Source of the DNA: Ramazzottius varieornatus
Taxonomy: Eukaryota > Animalia > Tardigrada
Direction: 5' to 3'
Assembly (NCBI GenBank): GCA_001949185.1
Contig: BDGG01000002.1
Span: 2,105,826 to 2,169,825, forward strand
Length of the DNA: 64,000 nt
Shown here one piece after another: positions 55,701 to 64,000 of this stretch (positions are counted from its first letter, which is position 1; each line of letters opens with the position of its first letter). The notes beneath the pieces are model-generated. The model searched no databases, was not told where the DNA came from, and saw nothing but the letters and a program-made list of their open reading frames with translations. The position numbers were made by a program, and so were the translations under genes.

Positions 55701-56012
55701 ACCAATCATAAAACGCTTAGTCACCCCTTATGTGACATTAATCGTTTTGAATGCATAGTATCTACTATCTACTCACTACCTAGGGACAAAACGCGCACAG
55801 GGTGAACCTAATATTGAACGTATTTTTACGGCCTCACGGCGCTTTCCAGTTCCGCTACAGACAGTTTCCCGCTCCGCTACGCTAAGACTGACGCCCGCTC
55901 AGTTACAGTTCCGCTGGGGCCTTCCCAGTTAGAGCTCCGCTCAGTAAAATAACTGAGCGGAGCGGGAAAACTGAGCGGGTGTCCCGCTGGCCAAAAAAAC
56001 TCCGCAGCTCTG
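52788..56012 (-). mobile_element. hAT-superfamily DNA transposon, 3225 bp
   Basis: Perfect 8-bp TSD ATCGGTAT (52780-52787 and 56013-56020); imperfect TIRs CAG-nnn-TGCGGAGTTTT; subterminal CCGCTCAGT repeats at both ends. Confidence 0.92.
52951..55522 (-). pseudogene. hAT transposase with introns and premature stops
   Basis: BED CKLC...FKNHVINEH; CDIWS; GTDKRANIVNA; CVAHTLQL; TRWNS; ATTAGIERIFS. In-frame stops at about 53601 and 53208. Confidence 0.9.
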
Positions 56013-56037
56013 ATCGGTATAAGCGCATCGCGCCATA

Positions 56038-57095
56038 CATAGACTGCCAGAACATTACTTATTTTGAGCAGAGGAGGTAAGCTGGATAAACGTCATTATT
56101 TTTAGACCAATGGGAAGAAAAAGTTAGATTCTTCCAGTTCCTTCAACGCAGTTCGATGGTACATGATTGTAGAGGTGTAGGAAAAACGTGTCAAGCCGAT
56201 CTGGCGGTTGAGTACACTTCGATGACTGACCACATTTTGACGGCTAGTGAAGCGCGAAATCTGTCTTAGGAGGGACCCTTCAGACCATGACATTCGCCGA
56301 TCACGGAACCAATGCTTTTTTTGCATTAGCTGAGGCCCTTAGCACTCTACAAAGTATCGGGAAGAACGGCGAATACCACTTCCTGGAGCTGGAGGGAATC
56401 CCGAAGGCGCGTCGTCGACTTTAAAAACCCTGTTATAGCATGTATAATGTTACACAAGACGATCCAAAAACTGGTCGGTTAGCTACGGAAACTCCAGAAT
56501 CTACGTCAGGAAGATGTAAGATGTTCCGAACTTTATTCGGGCTGCCACCAACAAAAGGCGAACTTTTCGGGAAATTTTTTTGCGCATGATAGTACGTATT
56601 GCGGCGCTGTAACTGCTCCCGTCAGACACTACAAAAGATACTTTGACCACGAGTTTGCTCCTTACTGGTATGAGGTTCTGAACATCATTTTAAATCTTCC
56701 GCACGTGAAGCTGGAGTTTCCTTAGCTAGTCGACCAGTTTTCGGACCGTTATACATGCTACAACACGGATTCTACAGTCGCCGAAGAGCACTAAGGGCCT
56801 CAGCTAATGCAAAAAAAGCATTGGTTCCGTGATCGGCGAATGTCATGGTCTGAAGGGTCCCTCCTAAGACAGATTTCGCGCTTCACTAGCCGTCAAAATG
56901 TGGTCAGTCATCGAAGTGTACTCAACCGCCAGATCGGCTTGACACGTTTTTCCTACACCTCTACAATCATGTACCATCGAACTGCGTTGAAGGAACTGGA
57001 AGAATCTAACTTTTTCTTCCCATTGGTCTAAAAATAATGACGTTAATCCAGCTTACCTCCTCTGCTCGAAATAAATAATGTTCTGGGAATCTATG
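56038..57095. mobile_element. Foldback (long-TIR) non-autonomous element with P-element-like ends
   Basis: CATAGA...TCTATG termini; 8-bp TSD GCGCCATA (56030-56037 and 57096-57103); about 300-bp near-perfect inverted arms plus further imperfect internal inverted blocks. Confidence 0.88.
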
Positions 57096-57125
57096 GCGCC
57101 ATAAACGGTCCGTCCCCCGATGCTA

Positions 57126-57481
57126 AGCTCCGTTTCACGAGTACCGTACTTTTAGATTTCGTCTCTTTAAGTTCAGAGAAGATTCGAGTCGAGCTGGAAC
57201 TTTCTCTGCGACTATATCTGTCCATCAGAGCTATCGGATGGCCGTTGCAGAAAGTTGGGATCAGCTCTCGGTCATCCCGCTACGGGGGGAGATCACCTGA
57301 TAAGGTCTCTGCTTCCCCTNNNNNNNNNNNNNNNNNNNNNNNNNNNNNNNNNNNNNNNNNNNNNNNNNNCCGATAGCTCTGATGGACAGATATAGTCGCA
57401 GAGAAAGTTCCAGCTCGACTCGAATCTTCTCTGAACTTAAAGAGACGAAATCTAAAAGTACGGTACTCGTGAAACGGAGCT
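57126..57481. mobile_element. Long-TIR element spanning an assembly gap
   Basis: About 110-bp perfect inverted arms (AGCTCCGTTTCACGAG...) on either side of the N-run 57320-57369, TA-flanked. Confidence 0.65.
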
Positions 57482-58287
57482 TACAAGCCGCTGCACCAGT
57501 CGGCGCAAGAAAAATGCAGGTTGGACTCTACGTTAACTGCTCAGTTGCGCTCGCGTTCGAAAACCTTTATCGGGAAAGACTTTCCCGTTCCAGCTGATCC
57601 TTCAGTTTCTAGAATATGTTCTAAATCCACACCGAGTATAGCAGTTTTCCCCACTCGACCTGCTCCACTTTGTACATCAGTCCATAGCATCAGCGTGTGG
57701 TACGGTAAGGTATAAGGTGTGACGCAGCAGAGTATCACATACGTGCACAATTGTACGGATGCACAGTGGGAGAAAACAAAAGCGGATGAAAAGGTGGCTC
57801 TTCAAAGACATTCGTATACTAAGAACCAGTGCCACCGTACAGAGTGCTGAGACGATTTTCGCCCTCACTGACAGTCAGCGACGTGATCCTGCTGGCGAAT
57901 CAATGAATAAAACAATAGCGGCACGAAACAATAACGGTGTCTGGGGTAAACGCGCCATTCTGGAGCACAGTGCAGGTCATGGAGTCCCTCACAGGTTAAA
58001 CAGATCGTTGCAGTTACCGACCGAGTGAGTTTCCATGTCCTTCAGCCTCAAATTAGAGATGTACAAAAGCTGAGTCAGGTGCTAATTTGAATTTGGATGA
58101 GTAAAATTCGAAGTAGCTTTTTTAGTGCGCTGTAGTATACAGAAGTTGTCCAAGTGAAAGTACGTCTACACATTTCGTGCGCGCGTAACTAGCGGATAGT
58201 CTGAACGAGTGTTCTGGATGGTACTGGTTGGTCATGTAGGTGGCGACACCCTGGGTACTGATATGACGAAATCATAGCGCGCTGGAG

Positions 58288-59385
58288 CTAGTCGTGGTTA
58301 CTGCTGTGGTGATGCAGAGTCATTCCGTTGCCTCCAGTATGCTTTGCAGAAATCGCCGACACTCGGCCACGGTTGGGTTTCCTCCCGCAGAAATGTTTAA
58401 GAACGTATCTCACGTCACTGCTTGCAATACCAGACATGAACGGATTCGCACCCGACAGACCATAACTCAGCCAGTACGTCACCGTAAGGCAGACAGAATA
58501 TTCCTCCTCCGTCACAAGATGCAAAAACATGCAAACCCACCAGGGAACCCATGCAAGCACGCAGGCTACTATCAGAGCCGTCAGAACAAGGAGGGCTTGC
58601 CTGTCTTTCTTCTTTCTTCGTGATTCGCGTCGCGAATTGTCGTCGTTCTGCGCGTTGATCTGTCTCTGTCGTTTCAACCGACCCATCTGGACAACTACGA
58701 TCATGTAACAGATTACGGTCAGGATAACCGGAGTGAATATATCCACAAACGCAAGTGGAATACTACTGGCCCACGAAGGAGCACCATCATTAATCCATTC
58801 GCACGACAAGTTGACAGATTGATTAGCGAAATGGGATCTGGTATAGATGTAACCAGGAAGCATGGATGCATAGCAGATTACCCAGCCGCAGCCAATCAAG
58901 AAAAAAGCTTTCTTGAATGAATTATGATGGCAGTAGCTGACCGGCCATGTGATGGACCAGACTCGATCGACGGACACTGCAACGAGACCCCACAGGCTCA
59001 CAAGGTCCACAGTGAAGTCGAAGAACATCCAGACACTGCAGTGAAGGTCGCTGAGTGCCCAGTATCCGTAATATGTAAGTACTGCGTAGTAAGGCATGTC
59101 GATGAGGCCGGTCAGGAAGTCGTTGATAGCAATGTTCAGAAGGTATATGTTGAACGGCGTTCTCAAACGACGGGATGTAAAGAAGAGGACGATGAAGAGC
59201 AAGTTCGACACAACTGTAATGATGATGAGAAGGGCGATGAAGAATGTCGCCCGTGGTGGCGCACGATCTTGTTCAGAGCTGGTGACTGTTGATGAATTGT
59301 TTGACATGGTCATAATTGAAACTATGTAATAGAACAGCAAGCCTGGACTGCGGTGTCCACTGTGATGATAATCACGAACCACCAA
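58288..59385 (-). CDS. Intronless class A GPCR, aminergic-receptor-like
   Basis: SN in TM1; NIAINDF; WxL..C; TM3 Asp (WMFFDF); DRV; AWVP; NPF. The true start is probably one of the Mets near 59310. Confidence 0.9.
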   Translation of the reverse strand: MVVRDYHHSGHRSPGLLFYYIVSIMTMSNNSSTVTSSEQDRAPPRATFFIALLIIITVVSNLLFIVLFFTSRRLRTPFNIYLLNIAINDFLTGLIDMPYYAVLTYYGYWALSDLHCSVWMFFDFTVDLVSLWGLVAVSVDRVWSITWPVSYCHHNSFKKAFFLIGCGWVICYASMLPGYIYTRSHFANQSVNLSCEWINDGAPSWASSIPLAFVDIFTPVILTVICYMIVVVQMGRLKRQRQINAQNDDNSRRESRRKKKDRQALLVLTALIVACVLAWVPWWVCMFLHLVTEEEYSVCLTVTYWLSYGLSGANPFMSGIASSDVRYVLKHFCGRKPNRGRVSAISAKHTGGNGMTLHHHSSNHD

Positions 59386-59522
59386 GATGAACAGTACCTG
59401 CCTGCTGAAGGGTAGACTAAGACTAACCGCGGCCGACAGAATTATGGATTCTCGATCCGCTTGAAGTAGACTGTCGGATACATCAAGAAGGGTTATGCTG
59501 GTACTGGATAACCATCAGCATC

Positions 59523-59620
59523 GGTACACGTGCTTGGCCTAAATGTNNNNNNNNNNNNNNNNNNNNNNNNNNNNNNNNNNNNNNNNNNNNNNNNNNACAT
59601 TTAGGCCAGGCGCGTGTACC
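59523..59620. repeat. 24-bp inverted repeat flanking an assembly gap (probable unassembled TIR element)
   Basis: GGTACACGTGCTTGGCCTAAATGT-N50-ACATTTAGGCCAGGCGCGTGTACC. Confidence 0.55.
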
Positions 59621-62433
59621 CTTGTAAAACTAGGATACTGTGCCTTGATAATTGAGTCGAACCGTTAACTAGATCAATCACGGTTTTTTTGCCGTGGGGT
59701 GTCACCGCCTGATTTTCCAAAACAGGAAAAGAGCAGGAACGGACGCAGGAAAAAAAAACCGGTAGGACGACCGGATGACATCCCTGTTTTGCCGTACGAG
59801 GGAAAGGTTATAAAGTTAGCCACCCCATACCCTTTTTGCAAAATTAACCGTTCAAGTTCGCCTGTTTTCTCCTACTTACTCCCAAACATTTATGGATAGA
59901 TCGATAGATAAAATAATGGGCTATCGAATGATGTTAGGTACAGTCAACGTGAAGATTCGAAGAATCCAAGAGATCCGCAATTAGAAAACGTTGAATCCCA
60001 TGTTGAAAAGCGAAGACTGACAATCAAATGGTCAATCAAGCAATAGACGCTACAGCCGTGGCTAACTTTACAAATCCGGTATGGGCGGCTAAGTTTACGA
60101 CCTCTACCTCGTACGGTAAATGCACGCGCAATTTTGAATCTTCGCGTAAACTCCCGCGAGAAAGAATCATGCCCGTTTCGAAGTATCATGCGCCAGGCCG
60201 AAAGATACGAATTGGAAACCCAACCGTAGTCTATAGATAATTGTCGGAATCAAAAGCGCGCCGGTTAGAAATGACTGCCCTCGTAAATATTTCCGTGCCA
60301 GTATATCGGACGGCCAGGTGTAAAATTCTTACGAGCTCGGATCTTCCCCTCTTAGTGTACATGTACAGTGCAGTTGAAACGCACTATCTGGAACAGCTTC
60401 GACGTCAGCCCCTCACATTTTTCTGTGTTTGGCCGTCATCTGACAAGGAGATGATGCCTGTCCCCACCTCTTCTTAATCAAACTGTCCTGGCGGAACAAT
60501 AGAGGATAGTCCTTTCTTGGATCTGTGCCAGGTAGCTAAATCCCGTGGCGATCCTGGATTAATCTAGAGGACTCTGAAGTGAAAGTCCATTGATTGCTTC
60601 AGCAGACTGCAGTAAGGAAAAGCTCCTTGATTAGGAATGTTGTGAACAAGGCAACCAGCGGTACCCATCATGCATCCTTATACAATGAAGAAAGGTCATG
60701 CCTTTTCGTGGTCACGAGGTGCATCATGCCCTTGATTGATGTATTACACCACATGACCAAGAGAAGACATGAAATTTCTTCATTGTATCATGATAAGACG
60801 TTGCCGATACAGTCACGATGCTAAACTCCAACTTTAGAACGGTCAGAAAAGCTAGCGTGCAGCAATTCGAGAGGCAAAATAGCAAGAAAAGCCAGTTTTG
60901 TTCCCATTGCTGCAGAAAATGGCCAAAACCGACCGTTTTGGAATTCCAGTACGACAATTAGAATTGAAAATGTCAGGCTGGACAATTCCACCATCAATTA
61001 GCATTATAATCTGTATTCCGAAAAGTGAAAAGTTATAAGTGGTAATCGGAATACAGAATGCAGCAATTCGCCTTATCGAATCTGCGTTAACAAGGTGGTA
61101 AAACACTAAAACTCACGTGGGAGCATTACTTGTCGAAGTTTCCGCGTGATCTGACCTTGATTGGCCGAATACGTATGCGTGTAGGTAGAGGAGCAAGGCA
61201 CGGTCAGACTCTCTGGCACGGTCAGACTCTCTCTTCCTCTTATGCTTCGTGAATGACGCGCGATGCATCAACGTACGCGCAACGTTGCACCCCGGTTCTG
61301 ATATTTTCCACTATTATCTCCCTAGGGCGCGTTTCGCCATCATAATGAGGTACGCGCGAGGCATCAGGAAGCATCCCGGTACCTGCTCACATCAGCGCAT
61401 TCGTTTTCATTGCCTTGAAACATCACCTTAGCGGACATTGTTTCGCACATCCGACGGACATTCCACGCACATGGAACGAGAAACCCAGGATTTTTAAGAA
61501 CCAAGTATCTGAACAGTTGAATTCAAAAAAACGTACCTCAACAATTACATTAATTTCAATTGCAGTCACGAGGTGAATTACGATTAGTTGTAATTGCTGG
61601 CTCAATGTCAGCTAATTGGAACTGGTGCCACCTGAGGTTTTCCGATTAATCGTAATAGCAATTGAAATCGAAAACGTCATATTGGAACAACAATAAAGAA
61701 AACGGCTCGCTTATAAAAGTTCGAGCTTTCGCTTGTGTTGAAGGATGTTTCCGTGTCATAATACTGAGCATGTCTAGCGCTTTTTCAAGGCATTCCGGGA
61801 TATGCAAGCAAGGAGCGAAAAAATTACCAAGTACTCGTACTGTACACATGGGTATCGGCAGCCCAATTTCGGTGAAAGGTCTTTTAACGCCGAACGACCC
61901 TTTTTCGAGATGAAGTTTATTGGTAGTATTCAGGAACCTTGAAGCTTCACTTCGCCAAGCTTCACTACGGACAAAGTCTTCCAAAACTTGTCACCCTCTT
62001 GCAATCGATTCCTAGGAAATTTCAAGGGTACACCCGTGGTTCCCAGCTGAAATACCTCCACATGGGGGTTTTGCGTCACAAAAGATGCAAGTGCAGTTTC
62101 GGGCTGTATGACGTTATTGTGATGTCTAATCTTTTCAGTTAGAAAATTAAAGCCCCATGAGGTCTTCCCTGACGTGGCTAACGAGCTACAGCATCCTGCT
62201 CCCCGATGTTCCCTATAACACACACCGCTTCTAGTTGGAGTGTGCTCTTGAGGTCTCAAAACTCAGCAGTCGATTCCTGAACCCCGTCACCCGCGATCTC
62301 CATTCTCAAAATTGGGCTGCCCATACACGAATGACGAAAAACTGTGGGACAGTAAAAATTATGGGACAGGCGGAAAGGACGGCAATACACTGTTGTTCGC
62401 TCGTATTTCAGAGGAAGTATTATCGTAAAAGCT

Positions 62434-63576
62434 CAGTGTTGTATTTGGTTTCGGTCCTGAATTTGGTTACAGTTTAAGTCCGGACGAAAACAATTTGCTC
62501 CTGAGCTGCGCAGTCTCAGTTCAAGCAATTCAGTTTGAGTCCCGACCATTTTACTTTTACTCTTTTCAAACACATTTTAGTCTTTTGAATTCCAGTTTTA
62601 GGTCGTTTTAGTCTTCTCGAAATCATTTTAGTCTTCCAAATTTCATTTTAGTCCCGACATCGCGGTTTTGATTTTGATTCGGCTCAATTTTGTTCGTTTT
62701 TTGAATTTGAGCTTCGAAATGAATATCGTCACGGTCGTCACCCACTGAGTGCCACTAGACCACAATGTGGACTATAACTGTTACGTGTCGGAAATAGGGA
62801 ACGACCTTCATCCTAACAGGCCATGTGTCTAACCGACACCAAAGTCCATTTGTTATGCGAGTCTCGATGCGAAGGGGATTCCTCTGCTGGCTCTGGATCC
62901 CACATTCCATAAAAAATCTCGTAGTTCAGGCAGCAGGTCCCGAGGATTATTTTATGGGTGCGTCATGTGACTGCGCAGGACTTTCGTGGAATGCCGTAGC
63001 TTGTTCCCAAAATGTAGAAAATGTGTCGAAAATATTCTTGTCCTGCACTGCAGGACAAGAATATTTCTACGCTGTCTTTTTCTCTTAGGTATTACGCTAG
63101 ATTACGCTGTACGACCAGCGTGGTTCAGCGTGGTACAGCCTAACCACGCTGCTTGGAGCTCTATCCTGCAGTAACCGAGTTGCAAAATTCCCCGCTAGAT
63201 TTAGATTTACTACCGTCTGGTACTTCGGGTGTGGATTTCCTCGTCTTGATGTTCTGGTCCTAGTCCCAGGTTTCGCATTTTAGTCTCTGGCTTTTGAATT
63301 TTCGTCCCGGCGTTTTAGTTTTAGTCCCAGGTTTGACATTTTAATCTTCCGATTCCGAATTATCGTCTCGCCATCTTAATTATCGTCTCACGCATTTCGG
63401 TTTTCGTCTCAGCTTTTCCGTTACAGTCTTTAACTTTTCAGTTTACGTCCCGCATTTCAGTTTTGCTATAGATGTTAGTCCCGAAACTAAAACTGTGACT
63501 GAAGGAAAGACTGAAGGAAAGACTGAAGGAAAGACTGAATCTATTTTCCTGTAGACGGTAACCAAATACAACACTG
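62434..63576. mobile_element. Non-autonomous hAT-like element with subterminal TTTTAGTC-type repeats
   Basis: 17-bp perfect TIR CAGTGTTGTATTTGGTT / AACCAAATACAACACTG; arrays of TTTTAGTC/TTTTCGTC near both ends; a (GACTGAAGGAAA)x3 repeat; TSD not preserved. Confidence 0.75.
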
Positions 63577-64000
63577 TTATGGCCCTATCCCGATATAGCA
63601 GTTTATAGTAGATGTTTTGCCTGTTTTTTTCACGAGTTTCAGGCAACCGTATAGCTATCCAGACTTCGATCCTACCACTGTAAGTTGCGCATTCTCCCCT
63701 TCTTACAGGTTCGAAGTTGAATTTTGCTTACTGCCCTTGGTCAGACACCCGGAAAACTAAGTACGACTTTCAAGAGCAGGTCAAACTTCGAACTCAATTT
63801 TGTAGGAAATAAAAGTCGTACCAAATTCCAGCATGGCGATGGGCATAAAAGTTGATCGTAAGTTGGTGCTTTCTTCAATAAGATCATCAAACAGTTTACG
63901 AATGTTCCGTGGAAGTGAAACTTGAGTTCCAACTGTTGGGAAGTAAACCCTGTCCGAATAACGGTTTTCGTTTAACTAGCGTGTGGCTGACATTTCGTAG

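Noticed and set aside
56102-57031. Two identical 74-aa ORFs on opposite strands
   Set aside because: An artefact of the inverted arms of the foldback element.
61198-61233. 18-bp direct duplication GGCACGGTCAGACTCTCT x2
   Set aside because: A simple local slippage duplication with no further structure.

Overview
This is eukaryotic (animal) genomic DNA with compact genes and short GT-AG introns. Gene size and the many divergent GPCRs suggest a tardigrade-like compact invertebrate genome, but that is inference only. No CRISPR arrays, rRNA or operons were seen. Recognisable genes: ATG16L1-like (8 exons), a 7TM secretin/adhesion-class receptor lacking a GPS, a CYP2-clan P450 with three atypical motifs, tRNA-Phe(GAA), an intronless CDC34/UBE2R E2, a PWWP3A/MUM1-like protein, a lone Hox gene labial (Hox1), a Ly6/three-finger GPI protein, NAGK, a class A GPCR, several orphan membrane or secreted genes and pseudogenes. 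DNA transposons are abundant and many have TIRs/TSDs readable in the sequence. The most striking is a 5.6-kb Sola1-like element (16358-21984, ATAT TSD). It split a GPCR gene and carries an intact, intron-containing small membrane-protein gene head-to-head with its decayed BED+DDD transposase. Also present: a 3.2-kb hAT, a 1.06-kb P-like foldback element, a Tc1/mariner-type MITE, and a recurrent ~50-bp palindromic CAAGTGGCGC/CCAAT micro-element. All exon models and motif calls were read by eye; no database search was run.
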